Below, in pieces: positions 25,446 to 40,178 of a stretch of 64,000 nt of DNA (the stretch's first letter is position 1; each line of letters begins with the position of its first letter). Below the pieces are notes generated by a model. The model was not told where the DNA came from. It ran no database searches and was given only the letters and a program-made list of their open reading frames with translations. The translations under genes were made by a program, and so were the position numbers. Location of the stretch: contig NC_092671.1 of the NCBI RefSeq assembly GCF_964355755.1, positions 14,012,001 to 14,076,000 on the forward strand, in the 5' to 3' direction. Source of the DNA: Antedon mediterranea. Lineage: Eukaryota > Animalia > Echinodermata.

Positions 25446-28400
25446 TTAAGCAGATGCAAGTGACAAGGTTTCTTGCTTTACAATCGCATTTACTTGATAT
25501 TGCTCTGCCTCAGCTAAATGCATCACGCTATCATCCACGTTCTCGGACCCATTTTGACAAGGATCTTCTACAGGCTCGGATTTCACAACTGCAATCCTGT
25601 CGCTATCTTTTGAAACACCTTGATTAGTATTATTGTTTTGCAATTCAAGCCGCCTGTGTTTGCCTTTTGGTCCTCGGTGATATTCGTGTGGCTCTCTCTG
25701 TCGATCATGCATCACAACTTCTGAGTTTTTAGCAACTTTTTCATTTAGTTGCTGTCGATCTACCATGTTCTGCCTAGTTACCTCTCCTTGCATATTTTGA
25801 TGTCTTTCTCGCAATTTTATTTCCCTTTGCCTTTCAATCTCTTGTCGTTCCTTTTCCTCTACTTCTCTCTGTATTTTCCTCTGCCTCTCCCTTTCCTGCA
25901 TTTCTTGTTCATGTAGTTCTCTTCGCATTTCTTTTTCCTGTATTTCCCTATGCCTTTCTCTTTCTTGAATTTCTCGTCGCCTTACTCTTTCATGTATTTC
26001 TCTTTCATGTAATTCTCTTTGCATTTCCTTCTCCTGTATGTCTCTCTGCCTTTCTCTTTCTTGTAACTGTCTCTCTCGTTCTTGCATATTTCTGTGTCTT
26101 TCTTTTTCTTGATCCTGATGCCTCTCCTGTAAGTCTACCCGTCTTTCTGACAACTGCATTTCTTTATGTAAATTAGCTTGTCTTTCAAATTCCTCCCTCT
26201 GGCGGTTTTGTAATTCTCTAAGATTGTCTTGTTGCTGCTGTAATTGCTGAGCCGCAGAATGAACTGAGATGGTTCCTCCTTGATAGCTTATCTGTTGTTG
26301 TGACACTAGTGGAGCAACAGTAGCACGTGGCTGAGCTCTGACTAAGTTTGGCAATGGTAGGCTTACACCTATTCCTTCTTGTAAAGAATAACCAGGATGA
26401 AACTGCAAATTTGTAGTTTGTGGGTTTGTTCTTTGAGAAGGAGGACCACCACGAAGTAACTGTTGAACCGTCACAGAGCCATATCTGTGAGTGTTTAATC
26501 TTTGCTGTTCCTTTTGCATAAGGGCATCCCTACTTGTTACCTCAGTTCCAGGGAAAATTGGCACGTCGCGATTTGCTACTGTAGAAGGGGCTGGATAATG
26601 CGGTGGTCGGACAAGCTGCACAACACCGGGTCCTGCACTAGGATATTCGTAAGATGAAGGGGGAACTTTACTACCCCTGCCAATTGAGTAAAGAGGAGAG
26701 TTATCGACCAAGATCATTCGAGTTCTTGCTTCACTTTCAAGTTGTGACTGGGTAAGGTATGATTTGTTTGAAATGAGTTCAATTGCAGGTGGTCTGCGAA
26801 CTGCTCCTTGATGATACCTCTCAGACAGGAACAAATCTTGTTGTCCCATTTTTGCTGCTGTCTCTCTTGCAGCCTCAACAAATGCGTCTCTTCCAGATTC
26901 CCTTGTAGCTAGCCGGGCATTTTCTATATGGCTTGATAAATCTAGAGGAATAGTATTTTCAATTTGACCAGAGGATGTTGATCTAACTATCTCCATTGCA
27001 TTAACTTGCTTCTGGCTGAGATCAAGTGGTGTGGGTCGTTCTGGCGTTTCTCCTGACTTACTTCCTCCTACTCTTAGATCTAAGGCACTTGTGTATGATT
27101 GTTTATGTTTTTCAAAACGTGTATCAGATGATGGGTTTAACATCCGCCAGTTCTGTACGAGAAAACAAAGAAAATACTATAAATAAGTATATTTTAAAGT
27201 GGCATAAGTAATTTCCAAATAAAGACTGCAAATTCCAAACTCATTGGTAATTTCACAATTCAATAATTTAATAATAATTTTGCCTAATTACAATGTCAAT
27301 TAAGAATATAAACTGTAATATTGGATTCATATCTTTCATGTTACATTACAACTATATTGTGTATTGAAAATTTTTACCAACTCAAATGGTGTCAAATTTT
27401 ATTTAAAAAAAAAACATTTTTGTCAATAACATACTTCTTGCATATTTTTACATAATGGTGATGATAAATCTGAATCTGTATCTGCTGATTGTGTCTCCAT
27501 AGATGACAAAGACACACCATCATCTCCAGCTGGTTTTCCACTTCCTTTTTCCGACATATACTTCCCAGGATTCACATCTTTATCACCACGTATCTCTGCA
27601 TGCCTCTGCGCAGCAAAATGCAGCTCCATTCCGTCAACACTGTTACAGATGAATTCACAATTTGGACACTGAATAAACGTTATAGGATTTCCTTGACACA
27701 TGCAATGAAACGCAAGAAGATGTGAAAGACCATCTCGAAATGGTTTAGGAGCCTGCTGCTGAGGCGGCATATTATATGGTTCTTGTTCTTTTTCATTACC
27801 AACTTTTATCGATGAAGACCCTGCACCACAGTTTGTTCCTACAATAACTAAAGGGTCTTTACTGGCAGATTGATCAGTTGGGTTTTCTCCGCGATACTGT
27901 CCCGGTTGATTATGCGGATTGTTTTCAATTATCATAGCATTCTTTTTCTTTCTTGGTCGTTTTGAAAGGGTTGGATTGTAACCCTGCATCAACATAGGCA
28001 TGTTGACCATGCCAGCAACAACAGCTGGGTTTAATGTTCTGACTTCAGATATTTTAGGAATCGGGATGGTCTTCATAAGATCAATTCCTGGATAACGTAT
28101 ATTGCCAGAAGGAGGCTGCAGCATGTGGTTTTGAACAACATCTAAAAGTATAAAGATTATTTTTAAGATTATTATATTTTCATAGCAAACTGTGAAAAGA
28201 AACATAAAAATATACCTTTTTATCAATGTTTCCATACTATTAATATAAAAGAGTGTAAATTTAAATTCCCTTGTTGGATGAAAAAAAGTCATTTGATTGA
28301 AGTTTTTTAACATTACTTTTATAAAATTTGCATAATAATATTAAAAGTGCCATTACCACTCCTGGGAAAGGCTTCAATTGGCATTCTCTGCAACGGAATC

Positions 28401-31400
28401 ATCTGAATCCGGGGAAATCCACCCGGAGGTGTTGATGGAATGAATCCTTGAGGAATGCTTGCTGGATACATAGTCCTTGTGGATGGAGGAACTCCAGGTA
28501 TGATAACTCCTGTGGGAAGTTGAGTAGCAGCACCATTAGACACAACAGGGATTGTACGACTAGCCGATGTCTGAATCAGAGGAGGTGGACCAGATTGATG
28601 TTGTTGGTCTTGACGTCGCAGTTTAAGCAAAGCTCTGATTGTTTCATTTTCTTGGTATGTTCGCTCAAATTGTTGGCTCGGCTGCGGGGATGCTTGACTA
28701 GACATGTTACTTTCAGGCATTGGTGTTACCTCATTGTGTGGCAATTCAACCTAAAAAATATATATATAAATATACATTATTTATTCCTCCCAATGGTTTA
28801 AATGATATGTAGTATGTACAGTATTATTATTATTATTCAAAGTTGTTATGCTTTTTAAAGGAAATTATTTAACTTCTACATATTAATATTATTGACATAT
28901 TTTCATGGGATCAACAGTGTTGACTGAACTTTATTTAATTATAAGTAATTAACAATAAATATACATAAATAGGAATTTTCCTGTTTAAAGTGAAAATGTT
29001 ATGTTTAAAATACATAACATTCCAAACACTTTTTTCAATAAGTCTTCATTTTTTTTTTCTTTTCTATTCCTTTAATGATGTAAAAAATAGGATCTACTGT
29101 GATATTATGTATACAATTTAATGCAAAATCCCAAAAATTATTCATTCAATTTCATTGCGCATATTAATTATAAAATCTGCAAATCTTTGAATCATTCAAT
29201 TCATAAAAAAAGATATTATTTTGCTAAGAATTCCTACTAAATTCTTAGCTTGTAAATCCACAATCAGCCTCACAGTTTAATTGCATTTGCAACACAAATT
29301 TAAATGGAATGACGTCAACCGCTGACGCTACATAATAAATATAACTGGAATATTTTATTTTAGCTAAAAATAAGCATAGTACTAATGGCTAAGAGTGTAG
29401 TTGTTTCGACCGTAGCGCGTAAAATATTTTCACTTTATCGTTACAGACTCTAATTTAGTGATCACATTGAAATAATTTGTTACTATTTTCATCACCCAAA
29501 CATCATATGCACTGCTAAATGACGAACACGACAGTTGTCATGACAACAAGGAAATGTGATAAATCCCAGCAGCTAACTAAATTTGCAATTCAAGAGAAAA
29601 GTTCCTAGAAAAATTCTTAGTTCATAGAAGTCATCCTAATAAAATGTTAAGATAGAATAATGAATCTGATTTGCCAGTGGATGATGACTAATTTAACGTC
29701 AGACATCAATATTCTCTGATAGCAGTCTGTTGAAGTAGGTTACTTTGAAATGTGTCCATGTTTATTTTTATCTCAAAAATGCATTGATAATTCAACATGT
29801 TTATACTAAAAACACATTTTGATATGTATATGTTGACTTAAATAAACGTAACGTAAAATAGTCAGTTGTATTTAAAGTTACTGTAACCCGGTTTTCTGTA
29901 CAGTATTAATATTTTATATCAATATCTAGTCAATTAGTACCATACTAAAATAGTTAAAGACACTAGGTAAATTCCCTACAATTTGTGACATTTTGTAAAA
30001 ATAATACATATATATTACTTTAAAAACATTAAACCAGGGCATTCCTTGTACGTTTTATTGTAAATTATGAGAAAAAGTAAGAAACAATGCACTACCTAAG
30101 TAGCTCGCGGCGAGTGACCTCTTATGGACGGTCTTTAGGCCTAGCTGGTAAACATCGGTAATGTACGAACATCGTACGCTAGCTATATACCTAGCCTGAC
30201 GATGTATAGTTGCTGCATTAATTGTCTTTCTATTTTTGTCAGACTTTGTTGATACATTTATTAGGGAAAACCCGGTATTTTCGCTGACAAGTTTGGAGTC
30301 TTCCATTTGTTTGGTCTCATGATCGATTGAAAAGTGGGTGAATTACAAAAGAAAACAAAAATATCAATCCGCGCGCAATGCATTTTGGGATTTATAGCGG
30401 GCCACTATAATTATTAGAATCGACTTATTTTTCACATTTTTAACCATTTAAAGACGAAAAAAGTTATCGCAATAGGACCATATAGTATTATTTTTACATT
30501 AAATATAGTTTGTGATCTTAAATTAGATCTAAAAAAAGTAGGGAAGGTGTCTTTAAAAGCAAACCTCCCTATTAGGCATCTTAGGGGGATTTAATTTTTA
30601 AACTAGGTAGTTTAAGTCTGGAAATTTTTCTAAATTACTAAAACAAACAAAAACATTTTTTTCTATAGGTTGTGCTTCCACAGCAAAGACTATCTTTCAT
30701 TTATCTTGTTTGACCCGCACTTTTTTCAAGGCTAGTCTATTTATAATTTTGTTTTATCAATTGGTAAATAAATCAACAGGTAGATCTTCACAAATAATTG
30801 TCCAAAATGTCTTTTCTTAGAATAAAAAAAAACCAAGGATATACAAAAGGTGATCTGACAACAAATTATAAAAAACTTCCACTTTTGACCGAGCAATACA
30901 GTACATACAGTACAGTGCCTTTAAAAAAACAATTAATATATCATGTTCTTACCTGTGTGTGTCTATTAGTATTAGAAGGTGTAGGCAAGCTAAGTACCCT
31001 TGGTGGTCTGTGCATTCCAGCAGGCATATGCAGTGCTGTTGGTGAGAACTTGTCAGGCTTTGAATGACTGGGCGACGACACATTAATATGAAGAGGACTT
31101 GCCGGTAGTGATTGACTGGACATATGTAAAGGATTAGGAGAATGGTAGTTAGGACTCTGGCCTAACGACCTGGGTTGGCTTATAGATATCTGGGGTTGTT
31201 GAAGTTCTGAGTGGTGCGAAGATGCGGATAACGTTCTAGGTGATTTATCACTGGTTGTCTCAGGTGAGGTGTTCGTCGATACAAGATTTGACACTTTAGG
31301 TGCCGACTCTTTAGGAGAAGCTGGTGGTGTAGCTGACACAGAATTCCTGGGGCTAGACACTGCAGGTGACAAAGACGGTTTAGAAAAAGGTGACACCGGA

Positions 31401-34400
31401 TTTGATCTGTATGGCGACACAGGTGACCTTGGAATCGGCGATGACGCTGGTGACCTTGAGGGTGACCGTGCTGGGCTTGGTGATCTGGATGATCGTCCAT
31501 ATTTTGGACGAACATATTTAGACCCACGAAAAAGTTTTGGATGGCAAGCAGTTGGAAATTTAGGAACAGGAGTTGGTAATGCTGGGCCCCCAGACTCCTG
31601 GATCTTTTTGCAAGGTACACAAACAACCATGCCAAAAAACGCAGTTTCTCTGCCATCAGTAATAATCTGTCTCTGGCAAATAAAACAACGAACACCACCT
31701 GTGCTTGCTTTATATTGATTTATATCGGGCTTCTTAAACAAATCTTCAGATGTTGAGGATTTCTGTGAACTTGTATCACTCTGACCTTCCTGTTGCTTGC
31801 TCTCATTTGACTGAAAAATAATAAAAACAAAAAATTATTTTGACTAAAAAATATAAACACACAAATTATATATTTATGTATTCCAGACAAACACTAATGA
31901 TTTAAATTAATAATTGTACAACAACTGAATGAGATCTACTGTATACCTGCAAGCAAATAAAAGCACAATAAATATAATTTATATAAATGTATATATTCGA
32001 ATTATCTTTTACTTGATGGATATTCTATTTATTATAATATATTAACCTCTTTTCAGATAAAATATTATTAATTTAAATTGTTGTATTTGTTTTAAATGTT
32101 TTGTACCTTATGTTAATGTTTTTTGGTTTAAATTTATTTATGAATATAATTATAATGTGTGATCCACTACACTACATTGATATTGAAAGTATTATACATA
32201 AAATAAAGAATAAAAAAATTAATGGTATACCCGGGCCCCTATGAAATTGACACTTTTAATGTGGCAAAACAGCCACTCCTCTGCCTTAACCATGCGGCCA
32301 TTCACTCACTCATTAAGTAGCCACTTTGTTTTTGTACCAAAGATATCCCTTTAAATACCACTTTATTTACTCAATTCAGTATTTATATTAACAACTCTAA
32401 ATGATTTCATCATTTAATAGCATTATTCTGCTAAGTAATTGATATATTCCAATCATATGGTTAATTTAATATTGAAATACTTGACTTAGTAAATGAACAA
32501 TAAAAGTGCTATACAGTGTAAAATACTTGACAGAACAATAAACGGATAGACAATACTTGACGGGGCAATAATTAATAGGGCAATAATACTTGATACAACA
32601 ATATTGATATTAAAATCAGGATGTGGATGTCCTAGGTGACAATTATTTATTCATACATCCTATATTTTAACGTCTCTAAATGATATTATTGTTCGCAGTA
32701 CTACGAGCGGGATGAGGATGTATGGGGGCGGTCAGATGAGTACACTCTGTAAATATGGTATTAAGATTATAGTAGGTTTCTTTAGTATCACAGGATGACA
32801 TGGCACATACTATTACATTTATAGAAAATTATAGTCTAGACTGTATTTTAATAAAACAAGACATATAAGGGATAATAACCAGATCTCTGCTGGGACAGGG
32901 GCTCCCATTTTGATAATAAATATGTTCATGTAACAGAACTATGTCTTGTAGTAATACATCAATTAAATACTTTTATGAAAACATTTTATAACACCACTAG
33001 GGATGAAATTGATGCATTGCGAATAACTTTTATAATTTAAAAAAAAAACACATACAACAGAATTAATGAAAAAATAATGTCATGATTATTGAAAATTAAT
33101 AATACTGTATTGTTTTTGTTGGTCAATGTTTACAATTTAGAGTTTAGGTCAAGTATGTCTGCTGTGAAATTAACATTCTGAGTCTAACAATAACATACTA
33201 TATTTGATACGAGAAAACAACAAACATTTGCTGTAAATGTCAAAAGGAATACAGTACATAGATTTTTCTATTTTCTGTACTGTGTAGATATAAATGTTAT
33301 AATCTGCAAATTAATCTTGTAAAATCTTGATTAAATCTTGATAATACTTTAGTCATTACTCCCACACATGCACAAATTTGCATTCATTTAAATAATTGAT
33401 GATTTAAATTTTTTTAATTAGTGGTCATTCAAAAAAAAAACTACTGCACATCAATTTAAAAAGTTTAAAATCTGTTTTTTTTTTAAGTTTTGAATTGTTA
33501 TTTTTGATTTAGTTTGTATTGCGGATCCAATTACAAATTGTAATGCAAAAGATAGGACACCGACTTAAGCTCAGCCCTTCATTTCACAATTTTTAGGCCC
33601 TGGGACTTCCCTATTTCAAAATAGGATCTGCCACCGTATAATATTAAAATACAGATTTTCAAGTATGATAATAAATTTAAACATTAATTCCCAAGCCAAC
33701 ATGTTAGCATATGTCAAGAACATTGCATTGTTACATTCAACACTTTCCTATGTTGGACATCTACTAATTGTGGCCATTTGAACCCTGGACAATAACATGA
33801 ACTTTACATTATGGATCATTATTGCATCAACAACTACTGTATTTTTCTTTTTTATTGTATTTGAGACTAACTATTTTTTTCAGATAACTTATTCAGTACA
33901 TTTAAATACACTTTCGATCCTTATGAAAAGTAATCTGCATGATGTGATGAAATTCATTACAATATGAATACTATCTGTCTGATGTGGGTGGTTGGTTGTT
34001 CTGTTTTGTCTGATTGACTGCTTGTAAAGGTATCATGTAATTTTACATATTCATTCTGATAAATGTATTATAATTTTAGCCCAACAACAAATTTAATCAT
34101 ATGTGAACAAAACAATAGTTTTTTTAATAATTATTATTATGTTGGATTTTTATTCTATTGAGATATGATAACAATCACAGGACTGTACCTACAAGCTAAG
34201 GCACCAAAAAACAGTGCCACTAACAATTTCTAAAAATGAAAATATACCTGATCTGCTTGTGATGGCATACTCTCCTTATTACTCAATACTTCAGGTTCCT
34301 CATTGCATTGTTTTTTAGCAGAAGGTTCCTCTGATAATTCTTGGATGTCTGCCGAATTCTGCAACCGTTTCAAAGAATTCTCATCCTTATTTGCTTCCGC

Positions 34401-35600
34401 TTCTTTTGGTAATGGAACTTCAAAATCTAAAATAATAGGCTGTATATTTTGAGCTTCTTTCCTTTCAGATGCGACGCCCATCCCAGATATTCTTACAACC
34501 TCTTCCTGGTTTGTTTTTTGTTTTTCAGTTTTGTTTTGGACACTAATTCGGTCTAGAACCATGGATAGCTGCTTTTTCCTGGAACGTTTTTTCTTTTTTT
34601 CCTCTCCATAAAAGCTGGCATCAATGTTTTCAGGTACTGTGTGTGAGAAGCTTGAGTTGGCATCAGAATCTACCTCGCTGTCAGTTTGGCTCGGACACTC
34701 GCTGACACTGGATGGCGACCAGGTGGCTAAGCATTCCAGATTTCTATTTGTGTCCGAGCGATCATTGTGTTCCATATGATGCCAGCCTCCGTTCATTGGT
34801 ATACACTTATAGAAAAAATAGATTTATACAGTAAATGTGGTATCAATAAAATAATTAAATTTTCTCTATATTATACATTAATTGTTTGTTACAAACTTTT
34901 CAACAATAGGCAGGCTTGTGATAGCTTTCAGAAGCAAGTTTAGATTAAAAAAAAAAACATCCTTTACTAACATTATTATTAACAAACGTTTTATAACATA
35001 GATTTGTACTTCCAAATATCAATTAGTCATTGGTTTAACTAACACCTTTATTTTAGACTACTACTAGAATTTGATTTCCTCATAGAAAATAATAAAATAA
35101 CAGCTAATTTTAATTGCAATATTTATTGCTACTATGCTATCCGTAAATAAATGTATGTTATTGCAGAGAATAACATTTTAAGCTTAAAAGCTTGTTTCAG
35201 GCGGGGTCTGTAATTAAACACAAAATACAAACAAGTAAATAGTACCTCTTGATATGCGTTGTATTCGTTGGCCATATCACCATCACGCCAGGCCTGAATG
35301 GCACGTTTCTTTACCGGCTTATTATTCATTATCGTGCTGTGAACAACATTACGATCACATGGATAACCTAAGGGACTTCTACCATAGGGGAACATATATG
35401 GATATGGACGGTTTTTCCCCACGCCATAGAACCAGTTTCCTCGAGGGCGACGAGCTGAATAGATGTGCTGTGGAAAAATGCCAAATTCTATACCGTTCAA
35501 TGGTGCAGCAAAGGTGTTGAGGAGTAAGGTTTTAAGATGGTGCTGATATGGCTCGGTGCCCTCTAACACGTCTTCCTTCTCTTGAAGTTTACTCTTTAAC
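25446..35600 (-). CDS. Uncharacterised large nuclear protein, probable transcriptional (co)repressor; coding exons 35600-35246, 34805-34248, 31810-30953, 28750-28357, 28141-27435, 27152-25446
   Basis: Six exons with GT-AG boundaries and matching phases (0,0,0,1,0) give 1525 open codons, or 1457 aa from the first in-frame ATG at 35395. Contains basic NLS-like runs (KKKKRSRKK, KRPRKKK), a C-x2-C-x18-C-x2-C finger, an SP-rich tract, a C-x2-C-x12-H-x5-H finger, two PLDLS motifs and an R/E/Q coiled coil. The true start codon is uncertain. Confidence 0.85.
29958..30552. mobile_element. Non-autonomous TTAA-specific DNA transposon (Kolobok-like), copy 1
   Basis: TTAA at 29954-29957 and 30553-30556. 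Ends are AGACAC..TTCCCTA / TAGGGAAGGTGTCT, with the left TIR interrupted by a few bases. Collinear with 59202-59827. AG (RR) termini favour Kolobok over piggyBac. Confidence 0.8.
32475..32605. repeat. Degenerate short tandem repeat (AATACTTGA...CAATA, 4 copies)
   Basis: AATACTTGA recurs at ~32476, 32522, 32552 and 32585. Confidence 0.5.
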
Positions 35601-37559
35601 CTGTTGTTCAATAAGAGAAGACAAAATTGTATTATATTATACTAAAAAATTAATTATGAATCCAGGCAAACATAGACAGCATTCAACAAATGATTTGTTT
35701 TTCAAAATCTGCTTAAATTGTAAATGTTTGTAATCAAATAAAATTTTATTATTAAACGGACTGATTGTAAGACTGTTAGTACTGTTCCATGTACTGTAGA
35801 ATATGCTGAGGATTTATGAATTAATGCTTACTAAGTAACAGTATGACCTTTAAAATACGGACTTCACACAAAACTCTCTCAAATCAACAGAATATTTTAC
35901 CATAAACTAAATCAACACCTTATGTTCCATCGCATACAATATTGTCCACAAAATAATGAAATACTTTGAAATAGTGGTAGTAGAAGATTTAAAAAACGGT
36001 TTTGATATGAACTCAAGTATGCAAATGATCATGGATTAGTGATTATGCACAAGTATAAAATTTCAGACAGTGTGCAACAGACAGGATTAATATGGATTAA
36101 AGGGATTACATTGTAATCCAGAATTCTAAGAATTCAAATCTATATTTCAATTATTATAATTAAATAATATTGTGAGATAAAAAGAAACCAGCAAATATAA
36201 TCAATAATATAAATATAATAATATATTTTATTGGCATTTTGGTCAATGATCCAATTTCAGGGTAGGGAAAACTATAATATAGTTAAAATGGCACAAATTA
36301 ATTAAAATTTGTATTAACTGTATAAGTACACTTCCAATATTTTTTATTTATTGCAATCTTAACCATATAATTTTTATTATATATATATACATATTTTTAA
36401 ATATGTAAGTGTTTAGTATCATCTGCAATGACGTAAAAGTTTGAAATATTCCTTCTGTTTCGAATTATTTTTGATTACTCAGAATTTGGATACATAATAA
36501 TAATACGTTTAAAATAAATTTAATCTCAATGTGATAATGTCAAGTTTTTTTTTTATTAATGTCTCAATTAAAAACGTCATCCAAACTGTTCAATTCTTTC
36601 AAATTTTAATTATATTATGTTCCACTTGCATAATTTATACAGTATTTATGATAGAAAAAGTCTCTACGCAATTTGCATTATATTGTGTTAAGCAAACGCC
36701 CACACATGATTTGGAATAGATCAAACCAAATACTGTTGGTTTCGTATGAGATGACATTAGATTATTCTAAACAGATTTAGCAATTTGACGTCATCAATTT
36801 TGCCTTTACAAATATCACATTAAAATGTCTTTATTCTTAATCATATATTTCAATCTTCAAAATAGAGGAATTTAATTTAAATTTGTTTTTCCTTTCCTTT
36901 TGTGTTTTATTATGGTAATTCAATGCACATGGGGATGAAGAAAAAATATTTAAGATACTGAAAACAAACATTATCTTTGGTAAATCGTAAACTATAAAGT
37001 GTCCTACATACTTTATACTCTTTTAAGTACACTGCCTGTAATCATGGAAGTATACATCCATGCTGTAATGAATTTAAGTATCATACTACCAAATGATTGT
37101 TATCAATGCATTTTCATTAGTATTATACACTTAAAATTTCCACAAATATAGTATAGGTCAAAGTTCAAACTATGTCAGTACCTACCTCTACTTCCTATTA
37201 CATAACTACTCATTAACACTGCTATTCTCCTACCTTTAATAAGGTCATAAATCCATATTTTAAAAGCATACACAAATATTACAGTTACTTTAATATTACA
37301 CCGGTTGTAATAGAACAAGCAACTAGTTTGCTTTACCAGGTAGTGAAGACTGAGCCAGGCTACCTGGTTTCTAAGAAATGACATGCCATGTCTAAGAATT
37401 TTGACAAGCTAGCATATTAATATATTCGCACATTCCAATATCCAGAGGAAATCAGCTGACTCCATAGAAACTATCAATTACACTTTGCTACTTGGTCACA
37501 TGCTCATGATGGGAGTAATAACAAGCATGATTTACAATATGCTTAGCTAGCTCATCTGA

Positions 37560-37661
37560 AGCTCTGTCTACACTATCAAACTTTGTGTGACAAAAAAGTT
37601 TCATGTCCCCAAATATGGTAGTGATATGCTTAAATATGGTAGTGATATGACATCATCATGC
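37560..37661. mobile_element. Truncated Tourist/PIF-Harbinger-like MITE
   Basis: Left TIR AGCTCTGTCTACACTATCAAACT plus internal AAATATGGTAGTGATATG repeats; right end missing. Confidence 0.7.
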
Positions 37662-39999
37662 TATATTATTCTTCCAAAAGCAAAGTTCCGATAAATATCA
37701 ATAGAGATTTAATTTAGTTTTTAGGTCACATGAAGTTCATTAGATATTTTCTTTAAAGTATACAATGTGTATTTTTTTTTATTACTTTATTATTGCTTTA
37801 TTGCAAACCTAATAAACATCAAAAATGTTATCGTGACAGCAACCTTTAGAAAAAAAACCAGCAAAATAGTATAAACGTGCTATAATATAAAGAACATTGT
37901 GATATTATATCTATAATCAATATTTTTCACCAAGATATCTCTAGCTGAACATCATCATCAAATTTTCAAGTCACAATTTATTACTTATAAAAATGAACAC
38001 ATAAAATACAAATACTGTTACTATAAAGAATGTTTATGAGTTGAATAGTGAAATTATTTCATGAGTTGAAAGATTGATTGTTCTATTTAATGAGGCAGAA
38101 TAGGAGAGTCAGACTTTCAACAAATTAAAATATTCTTCCCATCCACTATTTGTTTTATAATTATCCCTATTGTTCTAAAGCTAACTTGCATGTATTGAAT
38201 TAATATACTGTTTTCATCTTGAACTAATGTCAAAATGAATACAGTAGATAGCAGGCTATTCAGAATGTGGGATTTGATTTTGGCAGTGGAATATAGCTGT
38301 TAGACGATGTACAATACAGGTGGGATTTCAAACACGCAGCTTGCATTACACAAGATTCTCCTATGTAATAGAACCATAATATAACTTTTAATTTTTTAAT
38401 AATAATACTAATACTGGGGATTAATCGATTTAAAATATTCATAAATTGTACCAATAAATACATGCAAAGGCAAATTACTGAAAATCTGACAATGTTTTTG
38501 GTATCTCAGTGGCTAGATCTCAATGGAGAAACAAATAAAATAACCAAAAAGCTAAATCAAATTAAAATTAAAGTAAAACAGCCAGAAATAAATTGCAGAG
38601 CTTTGGGCAATACTATCCCTTCCTAAGTGCAATATAAGTACTATTTAGTACAAACTATTAACTATTATTATTATTAAGTTCAATGTTGTAATAAACTATT
38701 AGAAAAACAAAAACTTCAATTAAACATACTCACAAACAACTTTATTATTTCAATGTTTATCTCAACATTTGTCCAAAAAAAAGGATTAAACTAATTACTA
38801 ATTATAGTTCTATATTAACATTACAATATCAAATTCATATGAAATAAATTCATAATAAAAGAACAAAAAAATACATAGAAGTAAATTACTAAAAATATAA
38901 ATCACAAAAATAATTTAGAAAAACAAAATTTCTGCCTACCAGTGTTTGCTCATCATTCTCTCATGACACAAAAATGTTTGGAAGAACATGCAATAGTAAC
39001 AAACTTAAATGAAACCAGACTATCAGATCAGAAATGTTTCTTGAATGCAAAGTGGTAACAATTTATGATGTAGCCAGTTTATAAAACTTTCCGTGATTCT
39101 GTGAAACCAAGGTACCAAATAATTCCTGGTTTCAACAGGGGCCAACCATTGTTATTAACAACCCTATCAAAGTATGCTGCATCCTGATTGGTTCAAGTAT
39201 ATTGCCTCATAAATATTCATTCAGTACATGTTAATATCGTTAAATATTAATAAAAAGAATTTTCAATGAAAATGCTAAAATGTTAAGATAATTATATTTT
39301 TATTACTTCGCCATTTTTGTGGACAATAGTTTTAAACGAACATTAAATAATAAAAGTATTATGATAAATGGTACTTTGCCGGGATGCATAAAAATTCATA
39401 TTTTTGTTACTACAGTATTAATTGTCATAAAAAAAAAAAATTATTGATTAATTTAAAGATCTTTATTTAAGATCTATTTATTCATGACAGTACTTTTGTA
39501 TCACAATCATTTCTTTTTTTTAAATAGGTGATTAAAATATCTTAATTTATGGTATATGTATAAGTTAGACTTCCAATGTCTGGCACCCGGATGTAATAGC
39601 AACAGTCAAATAATAGAAAATGTCTTAAATGGGACAGTGACAATTAAAATTGTTGGGACAATCCAGATTTGTTAGTGCGAGGAATTTGTTTGTGGAAAAC
39701 AATATTCCATCATTTTATGAATATTTCGACTTACCGATTTCTTATAAGAATAATGAAAAGCGAAAACAGAATGTTAATTTGTATATATAAATATTGTTGA
39801 TGGATTCAAACATGTACTACAAATGGAGAGAGGCATTATATACCAATAGATAAAAGCTTTGGTCCTCTCTCTCCTTCATCTTTGTTGTTTTCTCTGTAAT
39901 GTATTATCAATTGTCTGAAATAAAATTTGAATTGAATTGAAAACAAGGCAACTCAGCCATAACTTTGTAATTGTATTATTTGAATTGCAACATCATTTA

Positions 40000-40178
40000 A
40001 GTGTGGTTCCCACTAGCGACGCAACGCAAGGACGTAACGCAACGCAAGTGAATTGACCAATCCCAAGTGATGGCTTATTCGCTTGTGATTGCTAACTGTC
40101 TATAACTTCGCTTGTCATTGGTTAAAACGCTTGCGTTGCGTTTACGTCTTTTCGTTACGTTCTAGTGGGAACCAAGCT
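40000..40178. mobile_element. Foldback MITE (~180 bp), PIF/Harbinger-like
   Basis: Ends TGGTTCCCACTAG / CTAGTGGGAACCA with internal inverted ACGCAACGCAAG / CTTGCGTTGCGT. Flanked by TTA / TAA. A related right terminus occurs at ~47444-47460. Confidence 0.75.

Noticed and set aside
31180-31718. Overlapping 172-aa alternative-frame and 149-aa antisense ORFs
   Set aside because: Expected shadows of a Ser/Pro-rich coding exon; only the 30953-31810 frame has phase-compatible splice sites.
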